Positions 40,264 through 50,413 of a stretch of 52,976 bases of DNA are shown in pieces; positions within the stretch are counted from its first letter, which is position 1; each line of letters opens with the position of its first letter. Position numbers and translations under genes: made by a program. Source of the stretch: an uncultured delta proteobacterium. GTDB taxonomy: Bacteria > Desulfobacterota > Syntrophia > Syntrophales > UBA5619. The notes below the pieces were generated by a model. That model had not been told where the DNA came from. It worked only from the letters and a program-made list of their open reading frames with translations, and ran no database searches. The DNA lies in the NCBI GenBank assembly GCA_963817385.1, contig CAWFOM010000022.1, positions 1-52,976 of the forward strand, given 5' to 3'.

Positions 40264-41523
40264 TCACCTCACGTATTTTCTGCAGTCGGCGATTTTGCCC
40301 TCCAGGGCCGAGGCGGCGACCGTGGCCGGCGAGGCCAGGGTGATGAAGGCCTCCGGATTGGCCACGCGTCCCCGGAAGTTGCGGTTGGCGGTGGTGATGA
40401 CATGTTCGCCGTCGGCGGCCACGCCGAAATGCGACCCCCCCGAGCAGGCATCGCATCCGGGAATGCCCAGAATGGCGCCCGCCTCCAGGAGCGTCTGCAG
40501 GACGCCGCGCCGCATGGCCTCCATTTGAACGGGCCGGGAAGCGGGGACCACATAGAGCCTCACCCCGGGATGGACGCGCCGACCGGCGAGGATGGAGGCG
40601 GCGATTTCAAGATCTTCCAGGCGGGAATTCGTGCAGGCGACGATGTTGGCCTGCTGGATGGGTTTGCCCAGGGCCTCTTCCACGGGGACGACGTTATCGA
40701 CCCGATGGGGCAGGGCCACCTGAGGGGTGAGTCGGGAAACATCGTATTCCCGGACATCGGCGAACCGGGCATCGGGATCGGAGACGACCGGTTCAACGGG
40801 ACGGGAAGAGCGGCCCTTCAGCCAGGCCAGGGTTTTCGCATCGGCCTCCATCAGGCCCGCTTTGGCCCCCATCTCCACGGCCATGTTGGAGATGGTCAGC
40901 CGCCCGTCCATGCTCAGGGCGGAGATGGCCTCACCCACATACTCGGCGGCCTTGTACGTGGCGCCATCCGCCGTCACGCTGCCGATGAGATGGAGGATCA
41001 GGTCTTTGGCGTACACGCCGGCGGGCAGCCGCCCCTTCAGGACGAAGCGGATGGTCTCCGGGACCTTGAACCACAGCTTGCCGGAGATCATGGCCGCCGC
41101 GGCGTCGCTTACGCCGACGCCTGTCGAGAAGACGTTCAGCGCGCCATAGGTGCAGGTGTGGGAATCCGTGCCGATGACCAGATCTCCCGGCAGGACGTGG
41201 CCCCGCTCCGGCAGGAGCTGGTGACAGGAACCCTCTCCCGCCTCGTAAAGGATGCAGCCCTGCTCGCGGGCGAACTGCCGCACCAGCTTGAGGGTGTTGG
41301 CCACGGTGGCTGTCGGTGAGGAGGGGGCATGATCGATCACCAGGGCGAATTTCTTGGGATCAAAGAGATTCTTGCCGCCCATCTCCCGGAAAACCTGGAT
41401 GCTCAGGGGGCGATTGCCGTCGACGGACATGATAAAGTCCACATCGGCCATGACGATCTCGCCTGCCGTCGTTTCCCTTCCGGCGTGCTTTCCCAGTATC
41501 TTCTCAGCGATGGTCTTCCCCAT
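40264..41523 (-). CDS. LeuC/HacA/DmdA-type dehydratase large subunit
   Basis: KTIAEKIL, IDH, GSCHQ, DSHTCTYGA, ACTNSR, GCDAC, NRNF. Confidence 0.92.
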   Translation of the reverse strand: MGKTIAEKILGKHAGRETTAGEIVMADVDFIMSVDGNRPLSIQVFREMGGKNLFDPKKFALVIDHAPSSPTATVANTLKLVRQFAREQGCILYEAGEGSCHQLLPERGHVLPGDLVIGTDSHTCTYGALNVFSTGVGVSDAAAAMISGKLWFKVPETIRFVLKGRLPAGVYAKDLILHLIGSVTADGATYKAAEYVGEAISALSMDGRLTISNMAVEMGAKAGLMEADAKTLAWLKGRSSRPVEPVVSDPDARFADVREYDVSRLTPQVALPHRVDNVVPVEEALGKPIQQANIVACTNSRLEDLEIAASILAGRRVHPGVRLYVVPASRPVQMEAMRRGVLQTLLEAGAILGIPGCDACSGGSHFGVAADGEHVITTANRNFRGRVANPEAFITLASPATVAASALEGKIADCRKYVR

Positions 41524-41594
41524 GTCGGTACCCCTTGTGTCGAATAAAAAGTTTCTGCCCTTACGAATTCTTTGAAACCACGGGAGTTGCTGAT

Positions 41595-42551
41595 TCAGAT
41601 CGGTATCTTCCGGTTTTCGGACTTCCGGGCGGCGGACCGCTCGTCCAGTTCCTTGCGCCAGCTTCCCTCGGTCTCGAGAAACTTTCCGTAGAGCCTCTCC
41701 TCCAATTCGTAGAACTGGGACAGGCCCAGGAGTTCACTGCGCTCGGTCATGTCACATATCTTTTCGGGATACGCCGACGCGGTCGTGCCCTCCCGTTTGA
41801 GGATCTCCGCCACGTCCGTCATCGCCCGGATGGCCGTCCGTTGCAGCATGCCGGAATAGTTGATCAGTTTGTAACCCATCTCATACAGTTCGTTATAATG
41901 GACCGGAGGGGTCTTGCCGCCGTCATTCATGTTGGCCTTCAGAGGTTTTGGGATGGCCTTGGCGACCTTCCGCATCTCCTCCACGCTCATCATCGCCTCG
42001 ACGAAGATCATGTCCGCCCCGGCCTCGCAGTACATCAGGGCGCGGCGGATGGCCTCGTCTATGCCGTAGACCGCCCGGGCGTCCGTGCGGCCGATGATGA
42101 CGAAATCATCGTTCCGCCGGGCCTCGCACACTGCCTGGATCTTGATGACCATCTCTTCGGCGGGAATGACTTTTTTCCCTTCAAAGTGCCCGCACCGTTT
42201 GGGAAACACCTGATCCTCGATCATCATGCCCGCGAGCCCGGCGGCTTCAAATTCCCGCGTGGCGCGCATCGCGTTCAGGGCGTTTCCATAGCCCGTATCG
42301 GCGTCGACGGTGACGGGGACCTCTACGCACCGGGCGATGTTCCGCGCCTGATTCAACACTTCGGGCATGGTCGGCAGTCCGACATCGGGGTACCCGAGAA
42401 CGCTTGCCGCCAGGGCGGCGCCGCTGATGGATAGGACGGGGAAACCGGCGCGTTCCGCAACCTTGGCCGAAACGCAGTCGAAGGTTCCGGGACACAGAAG
42501 GACGCCTTCCCGGTTCAGAAGTTCACGAAGACGTCGTGCTCCATTGATCAT
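41595..42551 (-). CDS. ICL/PEP-mutase superfamily C-C lyase #1
   Basis: DADTGYGN, EDQVFPKRCGH, GRTDAR, FVEA, GGKTP. Confidence 0.92.
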   Translation of the reverse strand: MINGARRLRELLNREGVLLCPGTFDCVSAKVAERAGFPVLSISGAALAASVLGYPDVGLPTMPEVLNQARNIARCVEVPVTVDADTGYGNALNAMRATREFEAAGLAGMMIEDQVFPKRCGHFEGKKVIPAEEMVIKIQAVCEARRNDDFVIIGRTDARAVYGIDEAIRRALMYCEAGADMIFVEAMMSVEEMRKVAKAIPKPLKANMNDGGKTPPVHYNELYEMGYKLINYSGMLQRTAIRAMTDVAEILKREGTTASAYPEKICDMTERSELLGLSQFYELEERLYGKFLETEGSWRKELDERSAARKSENRKIPI

Positions 42552-42568
42552 ACCTGCACCTCCAGTAT

Positions 42569-43288
42569 TCAGATGAATCCGTTAGTAAGCCCATTCCCCG
42601 CGGCTCGCCGTGGAGATCTTTCAATTTTTCTTGCCGCCGGGTGATCCTCACTATCATCGGAAAGTGATGACAGCAAGTTATTTCTGGCAACGGAGATGTG
42701 CGTTATCAGGAGTTTCTCGGCCCGCTTGAAATCTCCAGTGCCGACCAGCGCCAGGATTTTCTTGTGCTCCTCGAATGCCTTTAAATATCGCGATTTGATC
42801 ATCGTCGATGTAACCCTCACCAGAGAGAGCTGGCTCTGCATCGTCTGCCATGTGGATATCAAGCGTTCGTTTTTGCTGAGCTTTATGATTCCGAGATGAA
42901 AGTCCAAGCCCGCATCGCGAAAGTCGACCGTGGCCACTCCGTTTGTTATGAGCAGTTCCCTCTGTTTCAGCGCTGTTTCAATCGTATCGATATCATCCCT
43001 GCTTGCCCTTCTCGTCGCAAGGTAGAGCGCCTTGATCTCCAATGCCTCCCGCACTTCAAGCAGATCTTCAATTTCCTTTCTCGAAAACACCGTAACGAAC
43101 GCGCCCCGGTTGTAAACGGTCTTGACCAGACCCTCTCGTTCCAGCCGAATGATGGCTTCACGGACAGGGGTGCGTGTCAGGCCGAGTTCTTTTGAGATTT
43201 GCAGCTCTTTGAGTTGCATGCCCGGAAGGTATTCCTGGGCGAGGATTTTCGATTTTAACGCTTCATAGGCAAGATCGCCGGCACCCAA
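42569..43288 (-). CDS. GntR-family transcriptional regulator (FCD domain)
   Basis: wHTH (RTPVREAIIRLEREGLV), REALE, DFH, EH..I; TTG start after GGGAG. Confidence 0.92.
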   Translation of the reverse strand: MGAGDLAYEALKSKILAQEYLPGMQLKELQISKELGLTRTPVREAIIRLEREGLVKTVYNRGAFVTVFSRKEIEDLLEVREALEIKALYLATRRASRDDIDTIETALKQRELLITNGVATVDFRDAGLDFHLGIIKLSKNERLISTWQTMQSQLSLVRVTSTMIKSRYLKAFEEHKKILALVGTGDFKRAEKLLITHISVARNNLLSSLSDDSEDHPAARKIERSPRRAAGNGLTNGFI

Positions 43289-43320
43289 AATCGTGAACTC
43301 CCTTGTGTGTGATATTTCAT

Positions 43321-43370
43321 ATTGTGTGCAATGTTGGTGTTTAGTATCCAGATGCCGTACCGGATGTCAA
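43321..43370 (-). promoter_or_regulatory. Putative promoter (TTGACA-N16-GATACT) and GntR operator (ATTGCACACAAT) for the catabolic cluster
   Basis: -35 at 43365-43370, -10 at 43343-43348; imperfect palindrome at 43321-43332 just downstream, resembling FCD-GntR TTGYATACAA-type boxes. Confidence 0.5.
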
Positions 43371-43546
43371 GCGTTTTTTGGTTCATCATCCACAAATAGT
43401 AGATTCCCCCTACGATTATACTTCCCTTTAATCCGTATTTTCATCCGTCAGTGATTGCATTAGTGTATCTGCGTCGGAGCCTGCCGGATTGGGTAACTCC
43501 GGTGAGAATATTAATGATAAAATTGGTACAAAGGAAGGGTACGGTT

Positions 43547-43783
43547 ATGACCTATTCATTTGCATGTCCCGTCCCATGCAATCGAGAGATCAAGGTTGAT
43601 GCAAGTGATGATCGTGACGCTGTCGAAAAGCTTATCATGGCGGGAGCTATCAGCTGCCGCAATATCGACAGGTGCAGTTGTAAACAAGCTCCTTTCGACA
43701 TGTCCCCGATTCCGGAAGAGCAGCTCCGACATATCGTGAGCTTATGCATGCGGGAAGAATGCGATGCATCGCTTCGGAGCTGA
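43547..43783 (+). CDS. Small Cys-rich protein (possibly DUF1059-like metal binder)
   Basis: 78 aa, MTYSFACPVPC...CRNIDRCSC...CMREEC; AGGAAGGG upstream. Confidence 0.6.
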   Translation: MTYSFACPVPCNREIKVDASDDRDAVEKLIMAGAISCRNIDRCSCKQAPFDMSPIPEEQLRHIVSLCMREECDASLRS

Positions 43784-43906
43784 TAGTGCGTGAGCGGATG
43801 AATGGGTGCGGGACCGACTGCGTCAGACAAGCTACGGATTGAGGGAATGATGAATGTCCGATGACCGGCAATGAAATTGAAGCGGTCATGATCATGGAGG
43901 TGATAT

Positions 43907-44890
43907 ATGCGAACAACGCGCTTAATACCGGTGATAATCGCCCTTATCTTCGTCAGTGCCTGTTCAATGCCCCGGATCAGGCTTTTTGCCGATGCTGCCG
44001 ATCCCCTCAGAGAATATACCCTGGAAGGCAGCGGTTCAGATAAAATCTTGCTGATTTCCGTGCAAGGAACGATTTCAGACACACCGCAAAAGGGTCTTGT
44101 GCGATCGTCGCCGAGCATGGTGCAACAGATTGTATCGCAATTGAAAAAGGCAGAAGAAGACAAACGTATCAGGGCAGTCTTATTCAAGATTAATTCGCCC
44201 GGCGGGACAATCATTGCGAGCGATATTCTCTATCATGAAATTTCATCATACCAAGACAAAACCGGTGCGAAAATTATCGTTTCCATGATGGACGTTGCCG
44301 CATCGGGTGCTTATTATATGTCTCTTCCCGCCGATATGATAATGGCGCATCCTACTACGATTACGGGCTCCGTGGGCGTTATCTTTCTACGCCCCAGGGT
44401 CAGCGCCTTGATGGACAAAGTCGGCCTTAGCGTGGATGTGACAAAATTTGGGAAAAATAAGGATATGGGATCGCCATTCCGCGATAGCACCGAAGAAGAA
44501 AAGAATATCATGCAGAAAGCAGTGAATGATTTTGGAGAACGATTTATTCGCTTGGTGCAAAAACATCGCAAACTGAAAGAACAGGCGATGGAGGAAATTT
44601 CCACAGCGCGGATATTTACGGCGGATCAAGCATTGAAATGGGGCCTGGTTGACAAAATCGGCTACATAAGCGATGCCATAAAAGAAGCAAAGACTCTGGC
44701 AGGCCTTTCGGAAGATGCTCAGTTGGTCGTTTATCGCCGAGTGAAATTTCCTGATGACAATTACTACAATGTCGCCGGTGCGGCATTGGAGGATGAACAT
44801 TTGCCGGTCGTGAATATAGCACTGCCGGACAGCTTCAACCTGCATGCCGGTTTTTATTATCTTTGGCCGGGAGCAATTGCGACAGAGTGA
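43907..44890 (+). CDS. sppA: Signal peptide peptidase SppA (36K type, lipoprotein)
   Basis: Lipobox VSAC; INSPGG, AASGAYY, TGSVGV, K.MGSPFR. Confidence 0.92.
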   Translation: MRTTRLIPVIIALIFVSACSMPRIRLFADAADPLREYTLEGSGSDKILLISVQGTISDTPQKGLVRSSPSMVQQIVSQLKKAEEDKRIRAVLFKINSPGGTIIASDILYHEISSYQDKTGAKIIVSMMDVAASGAYYMSLPADMIMAHPTTITGSVGVIFLRPRVSALMDKVGLSVDVTKFGKNKDMGSPFRDSTEEEKNIMQKAVNDFGERFIRLVQKHRKLKEQAMEEISTARIFTADQALKWGLVDKIGYISDAIKEAKTLAGLSEDAQLVVYRRVKFPDDNYYNVAGAALEDEHLPVVNIALPDSFNLHAGFYYLWPGAIATE

Positions 44891-44993
44891 TAGAAATCAA
44901 TGACACCACGGGTCCAAATCGACGGATTCTCCCACCGGTGCTACAAGTTATTTATTTCTGAGCCCGATTAAGCGGGATTTCCCACAAAACGGT

Positions 44994-46934
44994 TCATACG
45001 ATGCGGCCCATCTCGGCGCCCTGACTGATCGCGGCCAGGGCATCCTTCGGCTCCACGCAGTCACCGATTGCGTGAATCTCATGAGCCACCGGGCGGAGCA
45101 TCGCTATCAGTCCTTTCGCCGGAGTGGCCCCGACCGCCAGGACCACCGTATCGGCCTTGAGGACGAAAAGGGTGCCTTCATTCACCGCCATAACCCCGCG
45201 ATCCCGTATTTCCACCACCTCAAAATAGGGGTAAAGCCTTACCCTCTGTTCCATGAGCATGTCCATGAGCGCAAGCCGAGTGGCCTTCCGGACGTCGCGG
45301 CCCACCTTCCGGCGGGTGACGAGGGAGACATCCTTCCCCTGCCGGGCAAGGGCGATGGCGACTTCCATGCCCACATGACGCCCCCCGATGACGACGACTT
45401 GATCGCCCACCGGAGCCGCGCCGCGGATTACATCGTTGGCCTGGACCACGTTTTTCCGATTTGCCCCGCGCACCGGAAGGCTTGCAGGGGTTGCCCCCGT
45501 GGCGATGATGACCGCGTCGGGACGGCGCTTTTCGACCAGTGCCTTGGTCGCCTCGGTATCGAGGACCACCGTGACGCCCGCGTCGTTCATCTCCTGCCTG
45601 AGGCGCCGGGTCACGGAAGCGAAGTGCCCTTTGTGTTCCTGCATGCAGGCGATGTTCCACTGTCCGCCCAGCTCTCCGGTTTTCTCATAGAGGGTTACCG
45701 CATGGCCCCGTTGCGCACATACCGCTGCCGCCTCCATGCCCGCCAGTCCCCCGCCGATGACCATGACATTCTTCTTCACCGGAGCGGGCGCTATCGCATA
45801 TTCCCTCTCCCGCATCACCGACGGGTTGACGGTGCAGGACCATCCCTTGTAACTTCCCGACCCGACGCAATTGTTGCAGGAGATGCAACTGCGAATCTCG
45901 TCCAGGCGGCCTTCCCGGACCTTGTTTACCAGGGAGGGGTCGGCGATCAGCGGGCGGGCCAGGGCGATGAAATCCGCCTTGCCCTGTTTCAACACCTCTT
46001 CCGCCAGCCGGGGATCCCCCAGCTTGCCCACCGTGATGACCGGCACGCTGACGACTTGTTTTACCGCTTCGGCCAGATGGACGAGCCCGCCCGATTCCTG
46101 CAGGTAGGTCAGGAACTGCCAGTGAGTCGCTTCGCTGGCGCCTGCGGAGACGTGAAGGGCGTCGGCGCCGGCCTCGACGAACAGGGGGGCCACCGCGACC
46201 GCCTCCTCCGGGGAAAATCCTCCCTCATACCCATCCCATCCGTCCATCCTCATGATCAGGGGGAAATCCGGCCCCACCTTACTCCGGGCGGCGGCCAGGA
46301 TCTCGGAGGCGAATCTGGCCCGGTTCCCGACGCTTCCGCCGTATTCATCGGTGCGCCTGTTGTAGTAGGGGGATAAAAACTGACTTATCAGCTTCCCATG
46401 GGCGCCGTGAAACTCTACGGCATCGAACCCCGCCTCCTTCGCCCTCAGGGAGGCCGCGGCAAATGCGCCGACGAGCTCGCGGATCTCGGCACGGGTCAGT
46501 TCGCGGGGGATCACCCCGGTCTCGATATACGCTACGGGCGATGGGCCCACGACCACCTGCTCGCCGGGGGGGAACCCCCGCTGCCGCCGGGGATGCGAGG
46601 CATTGTTGCCGTGATGCCCCAGTTGCAGGGCGACTCGGGCGCCATGCGCCTTGCACCGCACGGGCGAGGTCGCGCGAGCCGCGGGATGAATTTGTCGTCA
46701 TACGCGGCCAGGTGATGTTTGGAGCCGCGGGCGTTCTGCCATCACGGAGGTCAGCTTGACGATGATCAGGCCGACGCCCCCCTTGGCCCGCTCCACATAA
46801 TAATCGATCGCGCGATCGGTGACAGTACCTTCAGCGTCGGCCAATGAACTGCCTACTGCGGCCATGACGATCCGGTTTTTCATCTCCAGAAGGTTTATTC
46901 TGCCCGGCCGGAAAAGTTGGGTAAACCCGTCCAT
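44994..46934 (-). CDS. NADH:flavin oxidoreductase (Old Yellow Enzyme / FadH-like, with Fe-S and FAD domains), frameshifts near 46670-46740
   Basis: KNRIVMA, ERAKGGVGLII (ORF 46698-46934); HGAHGKLISQFLSP..NRRTDEYGG, CISCNNC, GGGLAG. Confidence 0.9.
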
Positions 46935-47141
46935 TCTTTCTCCTTTTATCGTTCCGATTTCACGGCCGGTATATATCCCGAACGGCCGTGGGGGACAAGA
47001 CCCAATCTCGAGCCTGCAATCGGCGGGTGGTAATCCGGGTGTGATGTGGGGAGGTGCGCATTAGCGCACGGGGAGATGATAAACATCCCCGTGACGTCGC
47101 GTGTTTTTGAGGCCGAAAATCGCCCTAATTATCTTCCTTCT

Positions 47142-49514
47142 CTATTTCGAAGGTTCCGGCGTCTTCTCCAGGGCTATCTTGAGGACGTCGAGCATCTCGT
47201 CCGCGAAGTGGAAGGTGATCTCCCGCCGGACCTTCGCCGGCACATCCTCCAGGTCCTTCCGGTTCCACTTGGGGAGGATGAGCGTCTTGACGCCCGCGCG
47301 GTGGGCGGCGAGGACCTTCTCCTTGATCCCCCCCACCGGAAGGACCAGCCCCCTGAGCGTGATCTCGCCGGTCATGGCGAGCTCTCTCTTCACCGTCCGG
47401 TTGGTCAAAAGCGAAACCAGGGCGGTGAGCATCGTCACCCCCGCCGACGGGCCGTCCTTGGGGATGGCGCCCGAGGGGACATGGATGTGGATGTCCACCC
47501 CTTCGAAGAAGTCCTTCGCGATCCCCAGTTCTTCGGCGTTGGCGCGGATGAAGCTCAGGGCCGCGGTCGCCGATTCCTTCATCACGTCCCCGAGCTGGCC
47601 GGTCAAGGTAAGGCCGCCTTTGCCCTTCATGGACGTGGCTTCGATGAACAGGAGATCCCCGCCGGTCGGCGTCCAGGCGAGCCCCATGACGACCCCGGGC
47701 TTGGAGGTCCGGGCCGCCGCCTCGGAGGTCATCCGGACCGCGCCGAGAAACTTATGGATGTCCCGGGCGGTGATGGAGGCCTTCTCGATATCCCCTTCGG
47801 CGATCTGGCTTGCGACCCCCCGGCAGATCGCGGCGATCTCCCGTTCGAGGTTCCGGACCCCCGCCTCCCGCGTATATCCGGCGATGATGTGGCCGAGCGC
47901 GCTTTTCGTGAAGCGGATCTGGTCGGGTTTGAGGCCGTTGGCCTCCGTCTGCCGCGGGATCAGGTAGCGCTGGGCGATCCGGATCTTCTCGTCGATGGTG
48001 TAGCCGGCAAGCTCGATCACCTCCAGGCGGTCGCGCAATGCCGGCGGGATCGTCTCCAGCATGTTCGCCGTGGTGATGAACATCACGTGCGAAAGGTCGA
48101 AGGGGACGTCGAGGTAGTGGTCCACGAAGGAGAAGTTCTGCTCCGGGTCGAGCACCTCCAGGAGCGCCGAGGAGGGATCGCCGCGGAAATCGTTCCCCAG
48201 CTTGTCGATCTCGTCGAGCATGAAGACGGGGTTGTTGGACTCCGCCCGCCGGATTCCCTGGATGATCCTGCCGGGAAGCGCCCCCACGTACGTCCGCCGG
48301 TGGCCGCGGATCTCCGCCTCATCGCGGACGCCGCCCAGGGAGATACGAATGAACTTCCTTCCCAGCGCCCGGCCGATCGAGTGGCCGAGCGAGGTCTTGC
48401 CCGTCCCCGGAGGACCGGCGAAACAGAGGATCGGCCCCTTCGTTTCCGGCTTCAGCTTGCGGACGGCCAGGTACTCGACGATCCGCCGCTTCGCCTTCTC
48501 CAGGCCGTAGTGGTCCTCGTCGAGGACGCGCCGCGCCTTCTTGATGTCGAGGTTGTCCTCGGTCTTCTCATTCCAGGGAAGGCTCGTCATCCAGTCCAGG
48601 TAGGTAGCCGAAACGGTGAATTCCGCCGAGGAGGGGTGCATCCGCTCGAGCCGGGCGAGCTCCCGCTCCGCCTCCTTTTTTGCCTCCTCCGGGAGGTTCT
48701 TCCGGTCGATCTTTTCCCGGTACTCCTCGATCTCCACCTTCTCGTCGTCCGTCTCCCCCAGCTCCTTCTTGATGGCGGCAAGCTGCTGGCGGAGGTAGTA
48801 TTCCCGCTGAGACTTGTCCATGTCGTCCTTGACCTGGGACTGGATCTTGCTCCCGAGTTCCAGGATTTCCACCTGGTGGTTGACGAGCCTGGTCACCTCG
48901 CGGAGGCGCTCCTTCACGTCCAGGATCTCGAGGATCTTCTGTTTCTCCTCGATCGTTGCATTGATCACGGAGGCGACGAGATCGGCCAGGACGCCGGGAT
49001 CGGTGATCGTCTTGACCATCGCCCCGAACTCCTGGGGGAGAAACGGGGAGAGCTTGACGATCCGCTCGAAGAGGCCGATCAGGTTTGCCATCAGCGCCTC
49101 GACCTCGATATCCTTCACCTCCACATCCTCCAGGTTCTCGATGCGGGCCTGGAGGTAGGGCTTCCCCTCCACGATCTCAAGGATCCTGAACCGGCTGATC
49201 CCCTGGAGGAGGAGCTGGGCCTTGTTCTCGGCCGTCTTGGCCATGCGGAGGATCACGACGCTTGTGCCGATGCTGTGATAATCCTCCTTCCGACGCGAGA
49301 GCTCCCCCGATTCCGGTTTCTGCCTGAGCATGACCAGGCCCATGAGGCGGTCGCCGGCCATCGCCTCATCGATGAGGGTGATTTCGGACTCGCCGGAAGC
49401 CTCCAGCGGGAAGAGCATCTTCGGAAAGACGAACGCGCCCGCAAGCGGCAGGACGGGAAGGACCTCGGGGATCTGGACGATTTTTAACTCTGCAGGCGGT
49501 TTCTGTTCGCTCAT
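47142..49514 (-). CDS. lon: ATP-dependent Lon protease
   Basis: GPPGTGKTS, LDEIDK, DGPSAG, VGGIKEK; N-terminal Lon substrate-binding domain. Confidence 0.96.
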   Translation of the reverse strand: MSEQKPPAELKIVQIPEVLPVLPLAGAFVFPKMLFPLEASGESEITLIDEAMAGDRLMGLVMLRQKPESGELSRRKEDYHSIGTSVVILRMAKTAENKAQLLLQGISRFRILEIVEGKPYLQARIENLEDVEVKDIEVEALMANLIGLFERIVKLSPFLPQEFGAMVKTITDPGVLADLVASVINATIEEKQKILEILDVKERLREVTRLVNHQVEILELGSKIQSQVKDDMDKSQREYYLRQQLAAIKKELGETDDEKVEIEEYREKIDRKNLPEEAKKEAERELARLERMHPSSAEFTVSATYLDWMTSLPWNEKTEDNLDIKKARRVLDEDHYGLEKAKRRIVEYLAVRKLKPETKGPILCFAGPPGTGKTSLGHSIGRALGRKFIRISLGGVRDEAEIRGHRRTYVGALPGRIIQGIRRAESNNPVFMLDEIDKLGNDFRGDPSSALLEVLDPEQNFSFVDHYLDVPFDLSHVMFITTANMLETIPPALRDRLEVIELAGYTIDEKIRIAQRYLIPRQTEANGLKPDQIRFTKSALGHIIAGYTREAGVRNLEREIAAICRGVASQIAEGDIEKASITARDIHKFLGAVRMTSEAAARTSKPGVVMGLAWTPTGGDLLFIEATSMKGKGGLTLTGQLGDVMKESATAALSFIRANAEELGIAKDFFEGVDIHIHVPSGAIPKDGPSAGVTMLTALVSLLTNRTVKRELAMTGEITLRGLVLPVGGIKEKVLAAHRAGVKTLILPKWNRKDLEDVPAKVRREITFHFADEMLDVLKIALEKTPEPSK

Positions 49515-49544
49515 GGGAACCTCCACATGCATCGGCAGGGGGGA

Positions 49545-49991
49545 TTAGCCGGCCTGGATGCTGATCTTTTGAATGCGGTCGAGGGGGCGTTTGGTAAGGC
49601 GGATCTCCAGCAGACCGTCCCGGTAGATCGCCGCGGCCGTTTCCGTGTCGATCAGGGCGGGGAGGGAGAGGGTGCGTTCGAAGTAGCCGCAGGGGATCTC
49701 CGCAAGGCGATAGCGGACGTCTCCGCCGTGCGGACAACTCTCCCGGATGCCGGAGATCTTGACGCTTCGCGGACCGATCTCCAGGTGGATCTCCTCACTC
49801 CGGATGCCGGCGATCTCCGCCTGGATGACGATCTCCGCCCCGGTTTCATAGATGTCCATCTGAGGCCGCCACCGGTGCCGGGAGAGGGTGAAGCGCGGAT
49901 TGGCCACGCGCAGCATCTCGTCGAGGGTCCTGCGGAACTCGGACTCGGCGCCTTCCGGATTGTCCACGAATCTGATCTTGATGTAATCCAT
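49545..49991 (-). CDS. Hsp20 / alpha-crystallin small heat-shock protein
   Basis: WRPQMDIYE, AEIAGI, GYFERTLSLP, YRDGLLEIRL; AGGAG RBS. Confidence 0.92.
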   Translation of the reverse strand: MDYIKIRFVDNPEGAESEFRRTLDEMLRVANPRFTLSRHRWRPQMDIYETGAEIVIQAEIAGIRSEEIHLEIGPRSVKISGIRESCPHGGDVRYRLAEIPCGYFERTLSLPALIDTETAAAIYRDGLLEIRLTKRPLDRIQKISIQAG

Positions 49992-50079
49992 GGTTCACTC
50001 CTGTTTCGGGGATTGCGACCGGCAAACCTCTTTCCGGATCTTCCCGGCCGGTCATCCGGATACAACCCGATGTGCAAAC

Positions 50080-50108
50080 ATAATATATACTGATCTATGC
50101 GGCGTCAA
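50080..50108 (-). promoter_or_regulatory. Sigma70-type promoter for hsp20-lon
   Basis: TTGACG-N17-TATTAT on the minus strand. Confidence 0.5.
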
Positions 50109-50413
50109 GAGGAGGGGGCACATTTTCTCCGGTGGAACGTGGTATCCGCCCGGCTATTGCGGAGAGGTACATCGCCTGCAGATAAGGGTGATTGTTCCGG
50201 CGTCCGTCCCGCCGGCCTTCCCTTGATGGTCAAGGCAATCGGTGTTTCTCGTTTGATTATCCCGGGTGTTTCTGGTACCGTACCCGAGATTCATAACCAT
50301 GTTTTCCGGTTAATCGCTTCCGCATGCCGATGTGAGGGCGGCAGCGGCGCTCCGGCTGTCGGAGAGCCGTTTCCGGAGCGGGGCGAGGAAATAAATTCGG
50401 GAGAGGACAAACA

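Noticed and set aside
34779..41523. Calling the dehydratases leuC/leuD and the lyases prpB
   Set aside because: No leuA/leuB or prpC/prpD context and divergent motifs; only family-level calls are supportable.
47067..47093. Hairpin CACGGGGA/TCCCCGTG downstream of lon as a terminator
   Set aside because: No U-tract follows on the lon strand; function unsupported.
47046..49487. 813-aa plus-strand ORF and other long antisense ORFs (e.g. 21831-23471, 45072-46376, 31636-32844)
   Set aside because: Shadow frames of GC-rich genes on the opposite strand, with no motifs of their own.
49992..50079. CIRCE element or ROSE thermometer upstream of hsp20-lon
   Set aside because: No TTAGCACTC-N9-GAGTGCTAA and no convincing anti-SD pairing, only generic GC stems.
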